A stretch of DNA of 42,524 nt from a virus (Duplodnaviria; Caudoviricetes), in the IMG/VR virus record IMGVR_UViG_3300037422_000050, positions 1 through 42,524 of that record; one strand, given 5' to 3'. The translations under genes and the position numbers were made by a program. Under the pieces are notes generated by a model. The model did no database searches and had not been told where the DNA came from. It worked only from the letters and a program-made list of their open reading frames with translations. Shown here piece after piece: positions 35,318-42,524 of this stretch. Numbering within the stretch: the first letter of the stretch is position 1; each line of letters opens with the position of its first letter.

Positions 35318-35859
35318 TACGCAGGTACGTCGTTTTCCATGTCCATAATACCGGCCATGGCAGAAGCAGCTGCGTCAGTAAAATCCTTACCAAAGACATA
35401 AGCCTCAAATTGTTTAGCAACCTCAATAACTTCAGGAACAGTAATAACCATTCCTTTATTTCCAGCTTTATTAAAAGAAAGAAGATCAATAGCCCTCTCT
35501 AGGCTAGATTGACGAACAATATAACTTTGACGAGCTTGACGCTCTTCTGAAGTCTCCCAGTCACCGACTTTCTTTTTCTCAGGCTTCCCATCAGCCGTGA
35601 TAGTAGCTGAGGTTGTCACAGCTGTAGCTCCAGTCCATTGCCAGTAACCGTTGGAATCTTTTTGGGCAACAACATCGTACACCGCATCAGGAGCAGCAGT
35701 AGCAAATGTATTAAAGACTTCCTTACCTGCAAAGTCTAAAAGTTTCTTGGATGCTACTTTTCCATCAGCATTGTTCTTATAGGAAACTTCTGCAATCTTA
35801 TAGGATTTAGTACCTTTGTTTACAGTTGATACATCTACTTTAAGAACTTTGATTTGCAT
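35317..35859 (-). CDS. Putative single-stranded DNA-binding protein
   Basis: Beta-rich N-terminus, IVRQSSL motif, acidic C-terminus (MENDVPA); between polymerase and exonuclease. Confidence 0.6.
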   Translation of the reverse strand: MQIKVLKVDVSTVNKGTKSYKIAEVSYKNNADGKVASKKLLDFAGKEVFNTFATAAPDAVYDVVAQKDSNGYWQWTGATAVTTSATITADGKPEKKKVGDWETSEERQARQSYIVRQSSLERAIDLLSFNKAGNKGMVITVPEVIEVAKQFEAYVFGKDFTDAAASAMAGIMDMENDVPA

Positions 35860-36028
35860 TCTCTACCTTTCGCGGATTAGTTAAACCGGCGCGTTTCAGA
35901 ATTTTATGTACAGTCATTAAACTAATACTGTACATCTTAGCTAATTCTTTTAAAGTAACTCCAAGACTCTTACGTTGATAAATCAAGTCCTGTACTTCCT
36001 CGTCTGTTAGTTTAGGGGGTCGCCCCAT
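35840..36028 (-). CDS. Small HTH DNA-binding protein
   Basis: MGRPPKLT...GVTLKELAKMYSISLMTVHKILKR; GGAGG SD. Confidence 0.75.
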   Translation of the reverse strand: MGRPPKLTDEEVQDLIYQRKSLGVTLKELAKMYSISLMTVHKILKRAGLTNPRKVENANQSS

Positions 36029-36785
36029 CCCATTCCTCCATATTGTATTTGTTAGGGCCGTATTGAATTTCACACATTAGTGGAAGATCAAATGGAATCC
36101 CAAATGAATTTTTAAAAAAGACAGGGGTTCCCTCTACACATTCTTTCACCATACCCATAATATTATACATGAACATTAAAGGTGTGTCAAGCACCACGCT
36201 ATCGTGAACCGAAGAGACCATAAGAATTCTAGGGTCCTGAGTAGCCAATGATCTAGCCACTTGAATTCTAATCAATTTTACTAACTCTGCACCAAGTCCT
36301 TGAACAGGATAATTGAGGATTTTTGTTCTCGGCCATTGCAGGCCCCTTTTAGGATCTGAATAACGCTGGAAATGGTATTCTCGACCAGTAGGCATAACAA
36401 GTTTGCCTGTGGTCGTTACGGTCTGCATCAAGTGAGTATGCCATCTATGTAAACCTTGATACTTATCATATGTTTTATCAATTACATCTTGCCAATACGA
36501 GATCTTTTTACTGATCCAGTTAAAATCAGAATCCAAAGTATAAGAAACAGCAGACCCTCCATAAATCAATCGAAAAATAAAAATTTTTGCAATACGCCTT
36601 TCCGGAAGTTTAAAAGAATTCTGATTAAGAGAATGTAAATCTACCTCATCAAGTTTCTTTTTATCTCCGGGGTAATACTTCATTACATTAGCTACCGTTA
36701 CTAATTCTCTCATCATTACTGGATCACGAGACAGGTAGGCGGCAGTCACCAGCTCCAGCGACTTTACATCAGCATTAATCAACAT
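36012..36785 (-). CDS. polA: Family A DNA polymerase, C-terminal part (palm/fingers)
   Basis: Motif A NADVKSLE, motif B RRIAKIFIFRLIYGG, NYPVQG, motif C VHDS. Confidence 0.92.
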   Translation of the reverse strand: MLINADVKSLELVTAAYLSRDPVMMRELVTVANVMKYYPGDKKKLDEVDLHSLNQNSFKLPERRIAKIFIFRLIYGGSAVSYTLDSDFNWISKKISYWQDVIDKTYDKYQGLHRWHTHLMQTVTTTGKLVMPTGREYHFQRYSDPKRGLQWPRTKILNYPVQGLGAELVKLIRIQVARSLATQDPRILMVSSVHDSVVLDTPLMFMYNIMGMVKECVEGTPVFFKNSFGIPFDLPLMCEIQYGPNKYNMEEWDGATP

Positions 36786-37935
36786 ATCTACTTATAAAAA
36801 ATTGATCTACCTCAGGAGGATTGTTCTGGAGATTGGGTTCAGACGAGGATAGACGTCCTGTTACAGCCACGGTCTGATTATATTTGCCGTGTACAATATG
36901 GTCGGCCCACTCCATTTCCTCGATCCGATCTGGAATACCCTTGATGTAAGTACCAAGGAGTTTTTCCAATTTTGAGCGGCGTAGAATTAACTCAACAATT
37001 TTTTTAGATAGCCCTTTTGTTTTTAGATTGTTAAGCGTATCTTCATCCGTAGAGAAAACACCTTCTTTCTTGAGCTTTCGTAAAGGCTCTACTAGTCTTG
37101 GGAATTCATATATTTTTGAGAACCATTTATATCTGGGTTCTCCTGTGTGGTTGCCTGATTTAAATACTCCGTCCTCTTCCTTCCATTCATGTTTAATCTT
37201 CCCACCAAAAAGGACAGCAGAGAGCTGGTCCCCAGAATTCCAATTGATATAATCACAATCAACAAGAGAATGTAAATGAAGGTCAATCTGTTTGAGCTCC
37301 TGTTCTAGTTGTTGTTGAGCTAGTCGTGATCCCTCATAATCATACTTAAACCCATTCCATTCCATGTTCTGTAGAATCAATAGATCTTCCATTTCCAGAC
37401 GAATTAATTCTTGAAAGGCTTTACTTCGCTTTTCAATTAAAATTTTCTGAGCTTCGTATAATCGGTGGGTCTTGACCGCATCATCCAATGCATATTCTTC
37501 TAGTATATTCCAGGGTACTTGATCTGTATTAATACCCCTTTCCCAATAATTAATACGAACATAGTCAAGTTTATTCCCCAAACCGTACCTAACAGAAACA
37601 TCATCCAATGCAGGATAGACTTCCCTTTGATTACCAAGTATAAACTCAGTAAGCTGTACACAATAAACAGGCTTGTATGGAATGTTAATCCCATATCTTT
37701 TTAACCAATGAAGGTCTCGTTTAAGATTGAAGCCGACGAGTAAATCAGCCCGCTGAATAAGACCATCCAGATAAGCCAGCTCCCCACCATAAGGTCGATT
37801 CCCATATTCAATGGGTAATACTCCGGAACCAGCTTTGTTTCCGTAGTAGGAGACACATACGAGTTTATTTGGACCATAAAAAGGGTCTCCGTTAAATTGA
37901 ATTGTCTGTTCTGTATCTATTGTTAATATATTCAC
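36775..37935 (-). CDS. polA: Family A DNA polymerase, N-terminal part (3'-5' exonuclease and thumb)
   Basis: ExoI IDTE, ExoII GFNLKRD, ExoIII YALDD, STDE, TGRLSSSEPNLQN. Confidence 0.92.
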   Translation of the reverse strand: MNILTIDTEQTIQFNGDPFYGPNKLVCVSYYGNKAGSGVLPIEYGNRPYGGELAYLDGLIQRADLLVGFNLKRDLHWLKRYGINIPYKPVYCVQLTEFILGNQREVYPALDDVSVRYGLGNKLDYVRINYWERGINTDQVPWNILEEYALDDAVKTHRLYEAQKILIEKRSKAFQELIRLEMEDLLILQNMEWNGFKYDYEGSRLAQQQLEQELKQIDLHLHSLVDCDYINWNSGDQLSAVLFGGKIKHEWKEEDGVFKSGNHTGEPRYKWFSKIYEFPRLVEPLRKLKKEGVFSTDEDTLNNLKTKGLSKKIVELILRRSKLEKLLGTYIKGIPDRIEEMEWADHIVHGKYNQTVAVTGRLSSSEPNLQNNPPEVDQFFISRYVD

Positions 37936-38128
37936 AAGACCAACCTTTTTTCTTGCAATAGGCTTCGACTTGAGATTGAGTCCACCCGTTCATGTATTTG
38001 ATAATGGGAGCAGTAAATACAACCTTACCTTCAAGACCTATAATCGCTCCAGCGGTAAAATACCGACATTCTACCCTTAGAATCCCTTGATGGGATTCAC
38101 TTGGTGATAATGATTTTTGATCCTTCAT
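37892..38128 (-). CDS. Small hypothetical protein (start uncertain)
   Basis: YFTAG...TAPIIKYMNGW...YCKKKGW core. Confidence 0.55.
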   Translation of the reverse strand: MKDQKSLSPSESHQGILRVECRYFTAGAIIGLEGKVVFTAPIIKYMNGWTQSQVEAYCKKKGWSCEYINNRYRTDNSI

Positions 38129-38378
38129 CCAAGACCTTCTGATCCAATGTAATAACTTTCCTTTTAAGTTTTGCCACTTCCCTAAAGGTATCAAGCAATT
38201 CATTTCCTCTAAGTTTACAACCTAAGAACATTCTCTGAAACTCAGGCCAGTCATCCGGTTGTCGGTTTAAGGTCAAAGCGTCTAAATCTACTACAAAAGG
38301 TAGTCCGTTAGAATTAATATACACAACATCTAAATTATCAATTAATTTTCTAAGGGCTTGCTTTTTTGTCAATTTCAT
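38097..38378 (-). CDS. Hypothetical protein
   Basis: TTG start with GAGGA SD; operon packing. Confidence 0.5.
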   Translation of the reverse strand: MKLTKKQALRKLIDNLDVVYINSNGLPFVVDLDALTLNRQPDDWPEFQRMFLGCKLRGNELLDTFREVAKLKRKVITLDQKVLDEGSKIIITK

Positions 38379-38571
38379 CTTCCTCCTCAGAGTATTCGCA
38401 CAAGTCTACCCATTGATTAGTACTTAGAGCAGAGCCGCAACGCCGCTCATAAGCTAACCCTCCATCTACTGATAAGGCCCCACAGGTACACGTTCGAAAA
38501 TCATGCCTATATGTAGACTCAATAATATTATTACAAATTAAACATTGAGCCTTATTCCGGATAAGTTTCAT
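38350..38571 (-). CDS. Small Zn-binding phage protein
   Basis: CLIC...IES...HDF..CTCG...VDGG motif. Confidence 0.75.
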   Translation of the reverse strand: MKLIRNKAQCLICNNIIESTYRHDFRTCTCGALSVDGGLAYERRCGSALSTNQWVDLCEYSEEEDEIDKKASP

Positions 38572-38597
38572 TCTTATAATGTCCTCCGTACCATGTT

Positions 38598-39110
38598 TTA
38601 ATCATGGCCTTGTTTAACCTCCTCTAATACTTGGTCTATAGAGATGGGAGTGTAATTCCAATTCATACATCCAACATCTAATCTATTTTTTCGTCGGACG
38701 GACGCACCGTGGGTGTGTCCGTGAAGATTGATCCAACCTCCTGAATATCCTCTATGTTCCATCCAAGAATCTAGAGGAAAATGACATAACCAAAAATGCC
38801 TACCTACGGCGTTAAGATTAATAAGCCAAGGATGAATTTCAGAAAAGCATGGTTTGAGTCTATTCAGATTATCGTGATTGCCTGGAATCAGATGTAGGGT
38901 TCCATTACATTGTAATAAAACCGAAGCAGTATTTACTTTATTTCCAAAACTCACGTCTCCTAAGACGTAAACTACATCTGAGACCTTCACCACAGAATTC
39001 CATCTATCTACTAACTCCTCATGCATATGATCTATGTCATAAAAAGGACGCTGATCAAATCTAATTGCATTGTGGTGGAACAGATGAAGGTCACTCGTGA
39101 AATAGATCAT
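38598..39110 (-). CDS. Calcineurin-like metallophosphoesterase (short type)
   Basis: FTSDLH, LGD, GNHD, CHFP, HGHTH, DVG. Confidence 0.9.
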   Translation of the reverse strand: MIYFTSDLHLFHHNAIRFDQRPFYDIDHMHEELVDRWNSVVKVSDVVYVLGDVSFGNKVNTASVLLQCNGTLHLIPGNHDNLNRLKPCFSEIHPWLINLNAVGRHFWLCHFPLDSWMEHRGYSGGWINLHGHTHGASVRRKNRLDVGCMNWNYTPISIDQVLEEVKQGHD

Positions 39111-40351
39111 CGCGTAGGTAGGTCTTCATATCTAGCAAGCTCAGGTCTGATAATGACATCCCATTTGTCGTGCCTAAGACTAGGATCACTGTCTGTGTCT
39201 CCAAATAGCTTATTCTTACTAAGGTGCAAATGTCGGATATACTCCATTCCCTCATTATTTTGTCTACCAATTCCAAGTATCCAGTCTGCTTCGGCTTGTT
39301 TGGAAGTCTTAGCGTCAGAGACATGAGACATGGTAAGCCATCTAACACCCTCTCCTGTACCATCTGCCTGACATACTCCAATAACAGGAGCAAACTCTTT
39401 TGCAAGTCCTCTGGCCCATTGGTAGACGCTTCCCAACTCAAGATCGTGTCTGTCTGCCGTGAATCCTTTGATTTTGTCAATTTGGTCAAAGACAATGAGA
39501 CTAGGATTGTATCGAGCTGCAAGTTTTTCTACCTCTGATTTATAAATTGTTGCCTGATCCAGAATAAGAATTTTTCCAGCCATTTCCTTAGAGAATCGGT
39601 CTCTATAATTTCCAGAGTTAGTGTACAATTCCCCCATGTCAACGCCGAAATAGGCTTGGTAGATTCGTAGCTTGACTTTAGAACCTTGCTCTTCATTATT
39701 GAACCAGAGAACAGGACGATCCGATTGCCCTGCGAAGTTACTACACTCTGATGCCAACCACGTTGTTTTACCTGTTTCGGGTCTGGCAAATATAAATCCA
39801 AAATCTCCTTTTCGAAGTGATCCAAGCCGCTTGTTAAGACTATCCAAGCGCCATCGTAATCCAGCAGAACGTACTGTTTCATTGAAAAGCTCTGTTAAAT
39901 CATCCGAGACGAATGGAGAACCATCGTCGGATAAAACGTCTTGATCTTTGGATTCGTTAATGTAGGTTGAAATTTCTTCAACAGCACAACGAAGGTCCTC
40001 CGACGACTTGGAACCAATTGACGCTTCAAATGCAATGCGTGCAAGATGCCCTGACTTCGAACGATAGACAACCTCTCGGGCAATGCTAGATAATACTTCG
40101 TCTGTAATAGTGTCTTGCCGCAGCTGTGTGAATAGAGACGATTGCGATTCACGTTCAGCTCCTTTCATTTGAGGATATTGAAGCCAGAAGAAAGCTTCCA
40201 ACTCATCCAGAGTAAATTCCTCTTTCTCTGGAAACTTCTTGAAGAGGAGATCAAGAGTAAGATAAAGACGATAGATCTCTTTATAATTTTCTCGGAGATA
40301 TGCAAGATCGACGAGAGAGAATAGCTGCTCGTGCTTCGAACGAAGCAGCAT
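39107..40351 (-). CDS. SF4 (DnaB/T7 gp4-like) replicative helicase
   Basis: Walker A ARPETGKTT, NNEE, IVFDQIDK, VCQA, EADWILGIG, SKNK. The true start may be slightly upstream. Confidence 0.9.
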   Translation of the reverse strand: MLLRSKHEQLFSLVDLAYLRENYKEIYRLYLTLDLLFKKFPEKEEFTLDELEAFFWLQYPQMKGAERESQSSLFTQLRQDTITDEVLSSIAREVVYRSKSGHLARIAFEASIGSKSSEDLRCAVEEISTYINESKDQDVLSDDGSPFVSDDLTELFNETVRSAGLRWRLDSLNKRLGSLRKGDFGFIFARPETGKTTWLASECSNFAGQSDRPVLWFNNEEQGSKVKLRIYQAYFGVDMGELYTNSGNYRDRFSKEMAGKILILDQATIYKSEVEKLAARYNPSLIVFDQIDKIKGFTADRHDLELGSVYQWARGLAKEFAPVIGVCQADGTGEGVRWLTMSHVSDAKTSKQAEADWILGIGRQNNEGMEYIRHLHLSKNKLFGDTDSDPSLRHDKWDVIIRPELARYEDLPTR

Positions 40352-40443
40352 TCCTTTAATAAGAAGTAATTCTGGAATTAAGATTTTATTCTTCCTTTAT
40401 TATTATAATATATTATATATATCATCATACATCCTATACTTCT

Positions 40444-40483
40444 ATTATATCACAGAAGTACGTAAGTGAGCAACCACTAACTT
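40444..40483 (-). promoter_or_regulatory. Leftward promoter with embedded operator upstream of the helicase
   Basis: Minus strand TTGCTC-N18-TATAAT with TG extension; 40464-40483 matches 1241-1260 at 19 of 20 positions. Confidence 0.75.
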
Positions 40484-40486
40484 ACT

Positions 40487-40954
40487 TTATTTCCTAATTT
40501 GGATCTTCTTTTTCTTAGAATTTTTACGTTTTTTAGGGATATAACCATTCCATCGAGTTACATAATCATCACTCCCGTTATAGGTACATACCTTTGTAAA
40601 TCCTAACTTTGTTAGGAATTTTTGAGCTGTCTTTTGATACCTGGCAGTATGAGCCATATAATTTTTACTGTTGATTCTGTACTCAGTTCTAAGATACGAA
40701 ATCCAATTATTAAATATTTGATCCCAGATCCTACCATATTTTCCAGTAAATGTATCATCCACGTAGTGAGTATTAAAACGACCAAGTTCTATACATGAGC
40801 ACGTATACTGAGATCCTGAATAAAGTTCAAAGTCAAAATAATACTTCTCTTCTTCTGAAAAATCAACCGCGATACTATACTCACTATAATCAATAGCTGC
40901 TTTATGTTTCTTTTCTGCCTTCTGTATATATGCCCTAAATTGCTTTTCGTTCAT
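40487..40954 (-). CDS. Hypothetical protein, possibly GNAT-like
   Basis: GGAGG SD; QKTAQKFLTKLGFTKV resembles the GNAT C-terminal motif; basic tail. Confidence 0.55.
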   Translation of the reverse strand: MNEKQFRAYIQKAEKKHKAAIDYSEYSIAVDFSEEEKYYFDFELYSGSQYTCSCIELGRFNTHYVDDTFTGKYGRIWDQIFNNWISYLRTEYRINSKNYMAHTARYQKTAQKFLTKLGFTKVCTYNGSDDYVTRWNGYIPKKRKNSKKKKIQIRK

Positions 40955-40956
40955 AA

Positions 40957-41067
40957 CTACCCTCCTAGGGTTTCTTCAAAACGAGTCGAATTGTACCAAT
41001 TGTCCATATAAATCTCTTGTAAAATTTCAATAAGAATCAATACAAGAAAGTTAGTGTTCTCTGACAT
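40957..41067 (-). CDS. Micro-ORF (36 aa)
   Basis: MSENTNFLVLILIEILQEIYMDNWYNSTRFEETLGG; TAATG-coupled to the primase and ends 2 nt before the next start. Confidence 0.4.
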   Translation of the reverse strand: MSENTNFLVLILIEILQEIYMDNWYNSTRFEETLGG

Positions 41068-41837
41068 TATGTATCCCGGTGTGTCTCTAAAATATCACTA
41101 ATTTCTTCTGTGGTGTAGCTCTTTGGATCTAATCGAGTAACAACTACTGCTGTTCGAATCTTTCTAGATCCCAACAACCTAGCATATCTTTCTGATGTTT
41201 CTGCTTTATCCAAGTCAAGCCAGAAGATTGCTTTATCACAAGCTTCCTCTAACATAGCTATATGATTACTAAGCAAAGCAGATCCAAATAAACACATGGA
41301 GGGCATCACTCTGCCTACCTTGATCGCTGAAATCATATCTTCAACCACGCAGATATTGTATGTATCATCCGCATAAAAACTCCAACCTTCCATTACTAAA
41401 TGTTTGTGGAGATTTGGTGAGTTATAATACTTAGGACCTTTTCCAAATATTCTGGCTTGAAAGGCCAATACTTCTCCCTTATGAGTCAGAACCGGGAACA
41501 TCAACCACTTCCGCTCCTCTGACCACATAAATTTTAATCTATTCATTTCATCCACAGTAATTCCATAACTCACTAACCAAAGCAAAGGCTCTGACGAGAG
41601 CCCTGCTTCTGTAAGTAATCGAGTATCGGCAGGAAGCTCAACAGAAGAGTCAACCCGTACTGGCATGGATTCCTTATCTTTAAAAAGAGAACGGAGTGAT
41701 TTATCACCATGTTCATAATAATGACACGACCAGCACCACTTATGGCCATCTGAATATTCAGCTAAGTTATTGCCCTGTCGATCTGCCCCTCTGGCCCTGC
41801 ATTTTGGACATACCGAATTTCTAACAAAGAAACTCAT
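41067..41837 (-). CDS. DNA primase (Zn finger plus TOPRIM), separate from the helicase
   Basis: CPKC...NLAEYSDGHKWCWSC, QAR..G..PKY, VVED, WLDLD, DPK. Confidence 0.9.
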   Translation of the reverse strand: MSFFVRNSVCPKCRARGADRQGNNLAEYSDGHKWCWSCHYYEHGDKSLRSLFKDKESMPVRVDSSVELPADTRLLTEAGLSSEPLLWLVSYGITVDEMNRLKFMWSEERKWLMFPVLTHKGEVLAFQARIFGKGPKYYNSPNLHKHLVMEGWSFYADDTYNICVVEDMISAIKVGRVMPSMCLFGSALLSNHIAMLEEACDKAIFWLDLDKAETSERYARLLGSRKIRTAVVVTRLDPKSYTTEEISDILETHRDT

Positions 41838-42073
41838 TCACGAATATACCTCCGATCTACATAATCAATAATAGCAGGCGGAGATTTTAACACAAGCTCT
41901 TGTGTTTCTTCCTTTCCCTCGTTCTCTTTTGAAGGCTCTTTAGCCCAGCTCAAATTCATAGCCATTTGAGGACACCCTCTATCATCACAGGACATAACTT
42001 TCTCATAAAAATCTTCATGGTTTTGATAGCGAAATCTTTGACCACACTTTTTACAGCGAAATTTAATTGTCAT
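41834..42073 (-). CDS. Small Zn-ribbon-like protein
   Basis: MTIKFRCKKCG...SCDDRGC. Confidence 0.5.
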   Translation of the reverse strand: MTIKFRCKKCGQRFRYQNHEDFYEKVMSCDDRGCPQMAMNLSWAKEPSKENEGKEETQELVLKSPPAIIDYVDRRYIRE

Positions 42074-42293
42074 TGTCTTGACTTTCAATATCTCTGTTAA
42101 GAAATTCAGACTCCTCATCATCAAATGACTCAAGGTTCCCATCAACAGTATTATCATAAGAATCAAAAAGATTATTAGAATCGGGAATAGACCAAAAACA
42201 CGTATTACAAAGGTCCACATATTCTCCTGTGACTCCGCTTTTGCGGGTGGATTCTAAATCATCTAAGGCTACATTACATGCTACACAGCGCAT
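42063..42293 (-). CDS. Small Zn-binding protein with acidic tail
   Basis: MRCVACN...DLCNTC. Confidence 0.7.
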   Translation of the reverse strand: MRCVACNVALDDLESTRKSGVTGEYVDLCNTCFWSIPDSNNLFDSYDNTVDGNLESFDDEESEFLNRDIESQDNDN

Positions 42294-42523
42294 AGATATT
42301 CTGCAAAGGCTTTAGCATAATTTTCAGTAGTTTGACCTTCTAATCCAGGACGAGTATTCACTTCCAATACATAAAAAGAATCAGTATCTTTCTTTTGAAT
42401 CATATCCACAGCTCCAAATTCTAGTCCCAAACAATCTACAGCCATAGCAGCCATAGCTTTGACAGAATCAGGAATAACAACATCCTCCCTACAAAACACC
42501 CACCCATTCTCATGACTCCTAAT
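42281..42523 (-). CDS. ATP-grasp (RimK-like) ligase, C-terminal fragment truncated by the window
   Basis: The frame is open to the window edge (IRSHENGWVFCRE); LGLEFGAVDMI and YVLEVNTRPGLEG. Confidence 0.85.
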   Translation of the reverse strand: MRSHENGWVFCREDVVIPDSVKAMAAMAVDCLGLEFGAVDMIQKKDTDSFYVLEVNTRPGLEGQTTENYAKAFAEYLCAV

Positions 42524-42524
42524 G

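Noticed and set aside
35840-36028. Resolvase/invertase or lysogeny module suggested by the GRPPKL-HTH
   Set aside because: Only the HTH is present. There is no catalytic recombinase domain, integrase or att site.

Overview
Most of the genome of a tailed dsDNA phage with a podovirus-type gene set and no visible integrase, repressor, RNA polymerase, tRNA or CRISPR. A plus-strand morphogenesis arm (1819-30716) encodes a lipoprotein, TerS, HNH, TerL, portal, GroES, scaffold, decoration protein, major capsid, LamG proteins, tail tube proteins, fibres, ejection proteins and a GH108 lysin. It converges at a bidirectional terminator (about 30715-30740) with a minus-strand replication and nucleotide-metabolism arm: ATP-grasp (truncated), primase, SF4 helicase, split PolA, SSB, 5'-3' exonuclease, resolvase, two metallophosphoesterases, DUF5664, dCMP deaminase, an NDT-like enzyme, a holin and an HslV-like NTN hydrolase. 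The control region at about 1040-1810 holds back-to-back sigma70 promoters, two operator families, a near-consensus Fur box and an all-A/T tract; to its left is a GC-rich orphan gene. The best candidate for an undescribed system is the tail-appendage locus at 11330-19813. It has four tandem paralogues sharing an N-terminal adaptor domain, three LamG domains, and a Ser/Ala-rich fibre gene overlapping a Maf/DUF115-like transferase fused to a SAM methyltransferase, which suggests phage-encoded fibre glycosylation. All family assignments come from motif recognition by eye; no searches were run.
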